Shown here piece after piece: positions 15,559 through 24,112 of a stretch of DNA of 32,000 nucleotides (positions are counted from its first letter, which is position 1; each line of letters opens with the position of its first letter). Both the position numbers and the translations under genes were made by a program. The notes below the pieces were generated by a model. It was not told the DNA's origin and ran no database searches. It worked only from the letters and a program-made list of their open reading frames with translations. This DNA is from Candidatus Saccharimonadota bacterium (GTDB taxonomy: Archaea; Nanobdellota; Nanobdellia; Pacearchaeales; GW2011-AR1): assembly GCA_049511795.1 (NCBI GenBank), contig JBEKXS010000001.1, forward strand, positions 210,001-242,000. Direction: 5' to 3'.

Positions 15559-17976
15559 ATGTTAATAAATAGAAGCAGAAAAAAAAGAACAAGTGAAAAA
15601 TCAGTTGCATTGTTTGAAATAATCACAATTGTTCTCAGCACGATTGCATTCATTTATCTTGTTGCAATGACAATACCTAGTGTATCTGCTAGTTGTACAA
15701 ATACTGTGACTAGCGGATGTATAAGCCTCCCCGCACCTTACACCGGAAGCGGACCCGATCCTGTAACAATAGACTCAGATGGATCTGCAAATAGTTTTTG
15801 TAATAAACTTGGTATAACATCAGCTTCATTAGAAGACCAGGTATGTCAGATTTGTAGTGGTAATCATTATATAAATGTGCCCCCGTCTACATGCGGTCCA
15901 GTACAATCTGCACCACCAACACCTTCTGGAACTCCTATTGGAACTACTATCGGAAATGGTGCTTTAGGTGCTTTGACAAACAAGGGACTTGATTGGACAT
16001 TTCGTCACACTGGACTAACTGGAACAACAACTCCCACTCCTACGCCAACCCCCACTCCTTCACCAACTCCTACACCAACACCAAATCCTACGGAAGCTGC
16101 AACAGGATTAAAAGGATTTTTTGTAAATCCTATTTCTTTTCTTACAAAGAAAGGCCCAATAGTAGGTGGACAACAAACATATTACACTTTAAGCATTTCA
16201 CAAATAGTCACAACAGCGGCTGTTGCTACAGGACTTTATTATGTCACTCAATGGGGTTTACAACAAGCTGGATTAAATAAAGAAACAGCGCATGCAGCAG
16301 GATTAGGTGTTAGTCTTGGTTATTTTGCTGGGCATATTGCAAGCAAGCTTGGGATAAAAATTTTAGGATTTGGATCTCTGGGAATAGGAATTGCTGTAGG
16401 AGTTCTTGTTTTCATTCTTACATTTAAAAGTACTAAAACACAAAAATATCAATTCAACTGCTATGTATGGCAAGCACCTACTGGTGGACAAAATTGTGCA
16501 CAATGCAACCAAGGAGATATTCCATGCACAGAATACACATGCAAAAGCCTTGGGCAAGGATGTGTTCTTGTAAATCAAGGAACAAATCAGGAATTATGTG
16601 TTTGGAACAACAGCAAAGATGTTGCACCTCCTATAATGACTCCCTGGACAGATGTCTTGACAAATGGATACAAATATATTCCTGATAATCAACAAGCTCC
16701 AAATGATAATGGAGTAAGAATTGTTCCAATAAATAACAATAGCGGATGTGTTAACTCTAGCAGCGGGGTAACTTTGGGATTAACTTTAGACAAACCAGGA
16801 ATATGCAAATGGGATGTGCAAAGCCTTTCTAGTTTTGATGCTATGCAATTTTATTTCAATTCAAGCCCTACTGCAAAATACAATCACAGCCAATATTTCC
16901 CTATTCCTGACCCAAATGCACTTGCTTCAGAAAATGTAACTCTTGAAAATGGAAATAATTATGCATTTTACACAAGATGCCAAAGCACAAACGGATATTC
17001 TAGTGTTGGGAATTTTGTTTTCAAATTCTGTGTAAATCCAAGTCCTGACACAACAGCTCCTGCAATTGTTGAAACTAGTATTATCAATGGAAGTTCTATA
17101 GCATTCAATCAAAATAATACTGGCTTAATGACAGTTTATGTGCAGGATTCAAACACAGTAAACTGCAAATGGAGCAAAACAGACCAGGATTACAGCACAA
17201 TGGAAAACAACATGAACTGCCCTACAAGCATTTTCAACGCAAATTCGAAAAATGTTTATGCATGCACTACAACTCTGACTGGATTGCTAAATTCACAGAA
17301 CAATAACTTTTATTTCAGATGTCAGGATAATTCTCCTCAGCAAAATGTAAATTCCCAGTCTTATGTATATGTTTTGAAGGGAACGCAGACACCTCTTATC
17401 ATAACTTCAATAGGACCAAATGGAACAATAATGAATGCAACAAGTGTTATAAAATCAACATTGACAGCAACAACTTTCGGGGGCTCTGACAATGGAAATT
17501 CACAATGTTCTTTCAGCCCTACAAACAGCAGTTACGTTACATTCTTCAGCGACGCTGCAAACACAACAAACTACCAGCATTCACAGGATCTTTACCTTGT
17601 TCCTGGAAATTACCAGTATTACATACAATGCAGAGATTTGGGAGGAAACACAGCTACAAACATGACAAGCTTCACTGTCCAATCAGATACAACGCCTCCA
17701 ATTGTTGTGAGAGCATATAACCAAAACAACAATCTGAATATTATAACTGATGAAAATTCAACATGTGTTTACAACACTGATAGTAATATTGGCTGTACTT
17801 ACAATTTTGCAGATGGACAATCAATGCAAAATGTTCAGGGTAATATGAACCAAGTGCCATGGGATACAACAAAGACATTCTACATAAAATGCATAGATAG
17901 CTTTGGAAACCAGCCAGACACTGACGCATGTAGCATAATTGCAAGCCCTTACACTATCAGCAATAGCAGTCAATAA
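15559..17976 (+). CDS. Large membrane/surface protein: prepilin-like N-terminus, Cys-containing domain, (T/S)P linker, internal hydrophobic hairpin, and four tandem Ig-like Cys-containing repeats
   Basis: N-terminus ...KKRTSEKS|VALFEIITIVLSTIAFIYLV, with Glu at +5. Linker TPTPTPTPTPSPTPTPTPNPT. Hydrophobic block AAGLGVSLGYFAGHIASKLGIKILGFGSLGIGIAVGVLVFILTF. Repeat units are bounded by DVAPPI / DTTAPAIV / TPLII / DTTPPIVV. Confidence 0.75.
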   Translation: MLINRSRKKRTSEKSVALFEIITIVLSTIAFIYLVAMTIPSVSASCTNTVTSGCISLPAPYTGSGPDPVTIDSDGSANSFCNKLGITSASLEDQVCQICSGNHYINVPPSTCGPVQSAPPTPSGTPIGTTIGNGALGALTNKGLDWTFRHTGLTGTTTPTPTPTPTPSPTPTPTPNPTEAATGLKGFFVNPISFLTKKGPIVGGQQTYYTLSISQIVTTAAVATGLYYVTQWGLQQAGLNKETAHAAGLGVSLGYFAGHIASKLGIKILGFGSLGIGIAVGVLVFILTFKSTKTQKYQFNCYVWQAPTGGQNCAQCNQGDIPCTEYTCKSLGQGCVLVNQGTNQELCVWNNSKDVAPPIMTPWTDVLTNGYKYIPDNQQAPNDNGVRIVPINNNSGCVNSSSGVTLGLTLDKPGICKWDVQSLSSFDAMQFYFNSSPTAKYNHSQYFPIPDPNALASENVTLENGNNYAFYTRCQSTNGYSSVGNFVFKFCVNPSPDTTAPAIVETSIINGSSIAFNQNNTGLMTVYVQDSNTVNCKWSKTDQDYSTMENNMNCPTSIFNANSKNVYACTTTLTGLLNSQNNNFYFRCQDNSPQQNVNSQSYVYVLKGTQTPLIITSIGPNGTIMNATSVIKSTLTATTFGGSDNGNSQCSFSPTNSSYVTFFSDAANTTNYQHSQDLYLVPGNYQYYIQCRDLGGNTATNMTSFTVQSDTTPPIVVRAYNQNNNLNIITDENSTCVYNTDSNIGCTYNFADGQSMQNVQGNMNQVPWDTTKTFYIKCIDSFGNQPDTDACSIIASPYTISNSSQ
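16030..16092 (+). repeat. Coding low-complexity (Thr/Ser-Pro)n linker
   Basis: act ccc act cct acg cca acc ccc ... encodes TPTPTPTPTPSPTPTPTPNPT in frame within the 15559-17976 ORF. Confidence 0.9.
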
Positions 17977-18008
17977 AAATTTATAAGTTCTAGTTTTCTT
18001 GTTTAAGA

Positions 18009-18533
18009 ATGAAGAATAAAAGAGGCATGCAGAGAAAGGGGCAAACAGAACTTTCATTTAGCATGATTTTTTCAATAATTCTTATCATCTTTTTTCTGGT
18101 TGCCGCATTTTATGCGATAAAAACATTCCTTGGATTTAGAGACACTGCGACAGCTGGAAAATTCTACAGTGATTTGCAGTCAGACATTGACAATATCTGG
18201 GGAAACAGCGCATTCAGCTCTGGCCAGCATGATTACATTGTTCCTGGAGGAATAAATCTGGTTTGTTTTGTTGATTTTTCTTCGCCTGCAACAGGACCTA
18301 ATTCGGGCATTTATACAAAGTTAAAATTTGGAACATACAATGACAGTGATAATCTTGTTGTCTATCCTTTACAGAATAATAATTTTGATTCGAAAACAAT
18401 AAATCACATAGACTTGTCTGGGATAACTTCCGGAGAGAATCCATATTGCATTCAGACAAGCAATGGAAAAGTTTCTATGATATTGAAAAAAGATTACAGT
18501 CAATCTCTGATAACAGTAGCAAGAGTGGGCTGA
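18009..18533 (+). CDS. Class III signal peptide (prepilin-like) protein, 174 aa
   Basis: MKNKRGMQRKG|QTELSFSMIFSIILIIFFLVAAFYAI. Confidence 0.7.
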   Translation: MKNKRGMQRKGQTELSFSMIFSIILIIFFLVAAFYAIKTFLGFRDTATAGKFYSDLQSDIDNIWGNSAFSSGQHDYIVPGGINLVCFVDFSSPATGPNSGIYTKLKFGTYNDSDNLVVYPLQNNNFDSKTINHIDLSGITSGENPYCIQTSNGKVSMILKKDYSQSLITVARVG

Positions 18534-18540
18534 TTTTAAA

Positions 18541-19482
18541 ATGTTAAACAGAAAACAAAAAAGAGGGTTTCTGCAGATTCCTTTTTCATGGCTTTTCGCG
18601 ATAATAGTCGGTGCGATAATAATCTTCTTTGCAATATATGCTGCTGTAAAATTAATAGGAACAGAAACAACTGTCTCAACAGCGCAAACAGGCAGCCAGA
18701 TAAGTGTTCTTTTGAATCCTCTTGAAACAAGCTTTGGGCAGGAACAGGTTACAACATTGTCAATACCTGTTGAAAGTCTTCTCAGCAACAATTGTGACAA
18801 TGCAGGAAATTTCGGAAGCCAACAGATTGTTGTTTCACAGATGTCTGGAGGGAAATGGACAGATACAAACATCGCGCCAACATCACATAATAAATATATT
18901 TTTTCAAATGATAGTGTTGAAGGGAAAAATTTCTATCTTTTTTCAAAGCCTCTTGAACTACCTTTCAAGGTCAGCGACTTGATTTATCTGACTTCTGCAA
19001 ATGACAATTACTGTTTTGTTTCTGCACCACAACCAGTTCAGGCTGAGCTTTCCAATTTAAAGCAGGGGAATGTTTTCACAGCAAACTGCCCTTCAAACAG
19101 CATCAATGTTTGTTTCTCTCAGGCATCAAAATGCGACATTGTTGTTAACCAAAATCAACTTTCTGTAACGAAAGACGGGCAAACAATGTATTATGAAACA
19201 GATGCATTGATGTATGGGGCAATTTTTTCAAGCCCTGATGTTTACGAATGCCAAGTCCAAAGATTAATGGAGAGGGTTAATAAGCTTTCAATGATTTATA
19301 GCGACAAGGAAAATATTATTTCTGTAAAAGGATGCCCTGTCGATACTAGTTTAAGCGCTGACCTTTTGAATATTGGGCAGGCTGCAACTTCTGTAAAAAC
19401 TTCTGCTGATTTGATAAATATTGCTTCTGCATCAGACAATGCAGACGGAGAAAACAACATGACCTCATGCCGTTTATGGTAA
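18541..19482 (+). CDS. Class III signal peptide (prepilin-like) protein, 313 aa
   Basis: MLNRKQKRG|FLQIPFSWLFAIIVGAIIIFFAIYAAV. Confidence 0.65.
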   Translation: MLNRKQKRGFLQIPFSWLFAIIVGAIIIFFAIYAAVKLIGTETTVSTAQTGSQISVLLNPLETSFGQEQVTTLSIPVESLLSNNCDNAGNFGSQQIVVSQMSGGKWTDTNIAPTSHNKYIFSNDSVEGKNFYLFSKPLELPFKVSDLIYLTSANDNYCFVSAPQPVQAELSNLKQGNVFTANCPSNSINVCFSQASKCDIVVNQNQLSVTKDGQTMYYETDALMYGAIFSSPDVYECQVQRLMERVNKLSMIYSDKENIISVKGCPVDTSLSADLLNIGQAATSVKTSADLINIASASDNADGENNMTSCRLW

Positions 19483-19483
19483 A

Positions 19484-20020
19484 ATGAAAACAAAAACATC
19501 AAAAAACAAGAGAGCGCAGATGAAGATACAGCAAATGGCTTTCATGCTGATAGCTGTGACTTTGTTCTTCGTGATTGCAGGATTATTCATACTTGTGATA
19601 AATTTCTCAGGAGTCAAGCAATCTGCAAAGCTTATTGACGAGGAAAATGCCTTAACCCTTGTCTCAAAAATTGCTGACTCTCCTGAATTTTCTTGTGGAA
19701 ATGCTTTTGACCAGCCATTGACTAGCTGCATTGATACAGACAAAGTAATGGCTTTGGAGAATCATATTCAGGATTACAGGAATTTCTGGGGAATTTCTGG
19801 CTTGCAGATAGCATGGGTTTATCCAAATAATTCAACATTAGCAAACACCTCCTGCACAACAGGAAACTATCCTGCATGCGGTAAAATAACTTTAATTCCT
19901 ACATCAAACGGGACAGGTGTTCCAAACTTTGTCAATTTGTGCAGAAGAGAAATAGACAATAATTCAATACCTTACAATCAATGTGATTTAGGGAAGGTGA
20001 TAGTTGTTTACAATGGTTGA
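19484..20020 (+). CDS. Class III signal peptide (prepilin-like) protein, 178 aa
   Basis: MKTKTSKNKRA|QMKIQQMAFMLIAVTLFFVIAGLFILV. Only 1 nt separates it from the preceding stop. Confidence 0.65.
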   Translation: MKTKTSKNKRAQMKIQQMAFMLIAVTLFFVIAGLFILVINFSGVKQSAKLIDEENALTLVSKIADSPEFSCGNAFDQPLTSCIDTDKVMALENHIQDYRNFWGISGLQIAWVYPNNSTLANTSCTTGNYPACGKITLIPTSNGTGVPNFVNLCRREIDNNSIPYNQCDLGKVIVVYNG

Positions 20021-20027
20021 AATTAAA

Positions 20028-20510
20028 ATGCTAAATAAGCAGAAAAATGGTCAGGAAGAAATGGTTGGTTTTGCAGTAATTGTTATACTGGTTTCATTAA
20101 TCCTGGTTTTTTTCCTTGTTTTCTCGCTGAATACAAAGCCACAAACAAACAGTTACGAGGTTTCAAGTTTCATGCAGTCAGCACTTCATTATACAACAGC
20201 ATGCCAAATCAATGGAAATTATGTGTCTGTAAACGACCTTATTAGCTCATGTGTACAGAATGAAACCTGCTCAAATCAGCAGAATTCATGCGACATACTA
20301 AATCAAACACTTAGTGGAATAATGGATAAAAGCTGGCCTTCTGGCCAGAATTTCCCTGTAAAAGGATACAACTTAACAGTTATCTCTAATTTTGGCAATG
20401 TCTTGTCAATACAGAAAGGGAACATAACAGCAACTTACAAAGGAGCGCCGCCTGAGCTGCTTCCTACTTCAATAGCAAAAATAACTGTTTATGTGACTAT
20501 TTATTACTAG
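20028..20510 (+). CDS. Class III signal peptide (prepilin-like) protein, 160 aa
   Basis: The track start at 20004 is a TTG. The ATG at 20028 gives MLNKQKNG|QEEMVGFAVIVILVSLILVFFLVF, 7 nt after the upstream stop. Confidence 0.65.
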   Translation: MLNKQKNGQEEMVGFAVIVILVSLILVFFLVFSLNTKPQTNSYEVSSFMQSALHYTTACQINGNYVSVNDLISSCVQNETCSNQQNSCDILNQTLSGIMDKSWPSGQNFPVKGYNLTVISNFGNVLSIQKGNITATYKGAPPELLPTSIAKITVYVTIYY

Positions 20511-20512
20511 AA

Positions 20513-20866
20513 CTAAATCTTAAGGTTTATTGTCAAAGTATCTATCAAAAGCTCTGGCTTGTGCCTTATTCTGTTCTTTGTCTTTTCCTCTATCAGTTCT
20601 ATGAAACCAAAGCGCTCAAGAAGCTTTATGTCCTCATTGACTGTCTTGAAATCACGGCCAAGCTTCTTTGCAAGCTCATAAATAGATCCTGGTTTCTCTG
20701 TCTTTAAAACATGAAGAAGTCTTGCCCTTTCATTGCTTAATAAATGCCTTAAAGCAGCAAGTCCTTCAAAGTCAAAGTCCTGCTTAAGGAAAAGGCCTTT
20801 TTTCAGTATAGAGAATGCGCCGCTTGAATCAGTTATTGTTACTTCCCTTGTTTTTGAGCTTGCCAT
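20513..20866 (-). CDS. Winged-helix (ArsR/MarR-like) transcriptional regulator
   Basis: LLSNERARLLHVLKTEKPGSIYELAKKLGRDFKTVNEDIKLLERFGFIEL is an HTH plus wing. It is convergent with the pilin-like operon (2 nt between stops) and divergent from the S-layer gene. Confidence 0.55.
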   Translation of the reverse strand: MASSKTREVTITDSSGAFSILKKGLFLKQDFDFEGLAALRHLLSNERARLLHVLKTEKPGSIYELAKKLGRDFKTVNEDIKLLERFGFIELIEEKTKNRIRHKPELLIDTLTINLKI

Positions 20867-21053
20867 TTTGCCTGTTTTTTATGGTTATTTTTCATTACTT
20901 AGTGTTTATTTGGTTGTTTTCCAGTTATCTGGGTTTTTTATGTATATATTACTTAAAATACCATATATGTTAATAAATGTTTCTTTTCAAGGGTTTTACA
21001 GAATCCATGTAGAAACCTATATTCTGTATTAATATCATAGTGACACCATAATC

Positions 21054-21063
21054 TTTATAAATA
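21054..21063 (+). promoter_or_regulatory. TATA box (tttataaata) upstream of the S-layer gene
   Basis: Same 10-mer as at 13036. It lies about 235 nt upstream of the ATG at 21296, implying a long 5-prime leader. Confidence 0.45.
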
Positions 21064-21295
21064 AAACCTTGAAAAATAAGGGTTTCTGGGAAAAGGCCAC
21101 AAAACAGCATAGCAACCTTTTTAAAGAAAAACTGGCTTTAGCTTATACACCGACAACGCCTACGGGCGTTCTCATAGGGATTAGTAAATATCATATTCAA
21201 CAACACGGTGGCTTACCCTATAGCTATCGAGTTGGCGAAAGTTGTCCTTGGCAACTCTTAATAGAGTTGAAAGGAGGTTGAAAAGAGAGAAAAAA

Positions 21296-23956
21296 ATGAG
21301 ATTAAATTTTAAGAGAATTTCTGCTTTAGTGGCAAGCGCTTTAATGCTTGGCACAACTGCCGGAATTGCATCTGCTGCAAATTACCCAGCTCCTTTCGTA
21401 ACAAACGGAACTGCTAATGTAGCTGTTGTTTATGGTTCTGGAGCAGCGCTATCAGATAGTACTGCTGCAGGAAGTATAGCAACAAGTCTTAGCAGTTTTG
21501 TAAGTGGAGGGGATAATGTTTCAGTATCTGGAGAAGCTGTGCCTTTGGATAGAGGTACTGCATCAAAGATATGGTTAAACACATCTTTGACAAATGCACA
21601 ATCTGTTTTCACTGCATCAGACCTACCAAACACACTTGCAACATCCACATTTAGTGGAAGTACAAGTACTACAGTAACTCCTCAGATAACAATGATGTCT
21701 GCAGTAACTGCTGGAGGAGACAATACAAATACTGTTGAATTCTCTAAACAACCAACAGCTTCTGTTGACCCTCTTATAGGAGTAAGTATAGGAGCCACTG
21801 CTTCAAATGCTCTTTACAATGCAACTGTAGTTTTTGGTACTGCTGAAGCTTTTAATACAACAGCTTCTCAGGGACCTGCATTACATTTGTTTGGTAGAGA
21901 TTATGTAGTAAGTTCTGCTACAACAGGTGGTGCTTCAGGACAATTGGTATTATTCCAATCTGCTCAGACATTGACATTAAGTCAAGGTGGAACATCTGGT
22001 AGCTCAACAGCTACGGCTACAGTCAATGGCGTAAGTCACACAGTACAACTTATTAATGCAGGAACTACATCTGCTACAATATCTGTTGATGGAACAACTC
22101 AATCAGTTACTGTAGGTAGTTCTGTAACAATTAATGGAGTAAGTATTGCTGTAACAAGTGTTCAATCATCAACGGCAGGAGGAAATACAGCTACTGTTCT
22201 TGTAGGAGCTAATCAGCTTACATTTAAGAATGGTCAGTCGGTAACTTCCGGTTCAAACAACCAAGTAATCCTTGGTACAACTGCTTATTTTGGAGGAACA
22301 CCTGATGCATTGACAAGTTTGACTGTTTCTGTATATGCACCTGATACTAGCCATGACTGGATAGGAAAAGGCAATACTTTTGTCGACCCTGTATTCGGAA
22401 GTTTTGCAATAACAAACTCTGGATTAAATGTAGAAACAACAAGTACTTCAAGGGATACTATAAAAGTTATAACAGCTGGAGCAACTACTCTAGACTTATC
22501 TATGAAGGATAAGAATGGAAATGCTGCAACCTTTGATTTTGCAACTAATAAGAGTGTATGGAACTTGTCAACACAAAATGGATATTCAATTTATCCATAT
22601 GAAATGGCAAACCTTTCCATAAATTCCTATACCTTAACAGGAACAGGAAACAACAATCAATATGTAGGACACTTACTTCAATTGCAAAGTGTTTACAATG
22701 ATACAAGCACTTACACAAATGATAAGGCAACATTCTATGACCAGATAACTGGACAAACACTTACAACAACAACGCCAACATCTGAAGGAACAACTTCCCT
22801 TATAATTGACGGAAGAACATATGGTGTTACATATTGGGGGGCTGCAGGAAGTTCAACTAGCGCAGGAGCTGCAATAAAGTTCCCAAGTAGTGATTCACCT
22901 TTAACAACAACATATGTATTGTATCCAACAATCCTTGCAAATGGTGGAGAGTCAGTCATGTTATATAAAAATATGACTCTAAACTTAGGAACATTTAATG
23001 GAACAGCTGGAGGTACACCAAGTGTATCTAGCTTTTATCTTCCAAATGGAAATGGGCTAACACAAGTTACTGTAAGTGAAACAACAACTGGTGGTATGAA
23101 CACTACATGGTTGATAAACGGAAATGCAGTAAGTACAAATGCAACAGATGGTTCAAACTTCACTACTGTAACTGTAGGTAAATTGGTATGGAACTTCACT
23201 TCTAGTGGAGTTAATAATGTAACAAGAATATATCTTGATTACCCAACTACCGGAGCACAAAGTGGTGGAGCTACAATAAATGAACCAGCAGTAGTCGTAT
23301 TTGATGGAAAAGATACAAGCAATAATTACAATGCAGTGATTATTGATACAACACAGAGTCCTATTGGAACAAGTACTAGTGGTGTTGGAGTGAACGGTAT
23401 TTACTATACCTCAACATCAGGTTACGGTAATGCAACTACTGGTGTACAATTTTACAGCAATTCAAACTTAGCTTCATGGGTGGATGGTTATGGAACCCTT
23501 GTAACAAAGGATTCTACAAATTCAGGCCAGCCAATTGCAACTTTGTTATATCCTCCACAACAGGTATATGAACAGTTGTATCTTGGCGCATCCAGTGCTA
23601 CAGTTGCTGGTGGAAACCTAGGAAATGTCCTTGTAACAGACTCACAAGTAAGTACGGTCAGTTCAAAGAACTTGGTCGTCGTCGGTGGAAGCTGTATTAA
23701 TTCAGCTGCTGCCGCACTCGTCGGTGGAGCTTACTGCGGATCTGCATGGACTGCTGCAACAGGCATCGGTTCAGGACAGTTCTTGATAAAGGGTTACACA
23801 AGTGGAATAGCTGGAAACAGCTTTGCACTTTTAGTAGCAGGTTATGAAGCAGCAGATACAACAAATGCTGCAAATTACTTGACACACTACACTGTTGATA
23901 CAAGCAAGGCATACAGCGGTACTTCTGGTACAACTGCAAACTTGATTGTTTCGTAA
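21296..23956 (+). CDS. S-layer protein (Methanococcales-type S_layer_N / S_layer_C-like termini)
   Basis: GGAGGT at 21273-21278. The in-frame ATG at 21296 gives MRLNFKRISALVASALMLGTTAGIASA|ANYPAPFV. The C-terminus SKNLVVVGGSCINSAAAALVGG...LLVAGYEAADTTNAANYL is typical of archaeal S-layer C-domains. The protein is T/S/G/N-rich with at least a dozen N-x-S/T sequons. Confidence 0.8.
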   Translation: MRLNFKRISALVASALMLGTTAGIASAANYPAPFVTNGTANVAVVYGSGAALSDSTAAGSIATSLSSFVSGGDNVSVSGEAVPLDRGTASKIWLNTSLTNAQSVFTASDLPNTLATSTFSGSTSTTVTPQITMMSAVTAGGDNTNTVEFSKQPTASVDPLIGVSIGATASNALYNATVVFGTAEAFNTTASQGPALHLFGRDYVVSSATTGGASGQLVLFQSAQTLTLSQGGTSGSSTATATVNGVSHTVQLINAGTTSATISVDGTTQSVTVGSSVTINGVSIAVTSVQSSTAGGNTATVLVGANQLTFKNGQSVTSGSNNQVILGTTAYFGGTPDALTSLTVSVYAPDTSHDWIGKGNTFVDPVFGSFAITNSGLNVETTSTSRDTIKVITAGATTLDLSMKDKNGNAATFDFATNKSVWNLSTQNGYSIYPYEMANLSINSYTLTGTGNNNQYVGHLLQLQSVYNDTSTYTNDKATFYDQITGQTLTTTTPTSEGTTSLIIDGRTYGVTYWGAAGSSTSAGAAIKFPSSDSPLTTTYVLYPTILANGGESVMLYKNMTLNLGTFNGTAGGTPSVSSFYLPNGNGLTQVTVSETTTGGMNTTWLINGNAVSTNATDGSNFTTVTVGKLVWNFTSSGVNNVTRIYLDYPTTGAQSGGATINEPAVVVFDGKDTSNNYNAVIIDTTQSPIGTSTSGVGVNGIYYTSTSGYGNATTGVQFYSNSNLASWVDGYGTLVTKDSTNSGQPIATLLYPPQQVYEQLYLGASSATVAGGNLGNVLVTDSQVSTVSSKNLVVVGGSCINSAAAALVGGAYCGSAWTAATGIGSGQFLIKGYTSGIAGNSFALLVAGYEAADTTNAANYLTHYTVDTSKAYSGTSGTTANLIVS

Positions 23957-23978
23957 AGAACAAACCAAAAACAAAAAA

Positions 23979-24012
23979 TTTTATTTTTTTTATTTTTCTT
24001 TTTCTTTTTTTT
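23979..24012 (+). terminator. Oligo-T archaeal terminator after the S-layer gene
   Basis: ttttattttttttatttttctttttctttttttt begins about 20 nt after the stop codon. Confidence 0.55.
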
Positions 24013-24112
24013 AACTTCTGGCTGGAGCCGGATTTAAAATTGGAAGAAAAATTTTAACAATAATTAACCTTTTAAATGGCATTTTACATTTTATGATATA
24101 AAAGATACAAAA

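Noticed and set aside
18369-18872. 167-aa minus-strand ORF spanning two pilin-like genes (also 18536-18730 minus and 19296-19743 minus ORFs)
   Set aside because: They are antisense to tightly spaced plus-strand genes that have recognisable class III signal peptides.
20733-21281. ORFs 20733-21032 (+) and 21069-21281 (+, TTG start)
   Set aside because: The first is antisense to the wHTH regulator and then runs through T-rich intergenic sequence. The second starts at a TTG immediately after the TATA box and lies in the hairpin-rich leader. I treat it as non-coding leader, not a gene.
21242-21295. N-terminal 18 codons of the track ORF for the S-layer protein (MSLATLNRVERRLKREKK)
   Set aside because: This extension would include the hairpin and the GGAGGT motif. 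The ATG at 21296 gives a canonical signal peptide.
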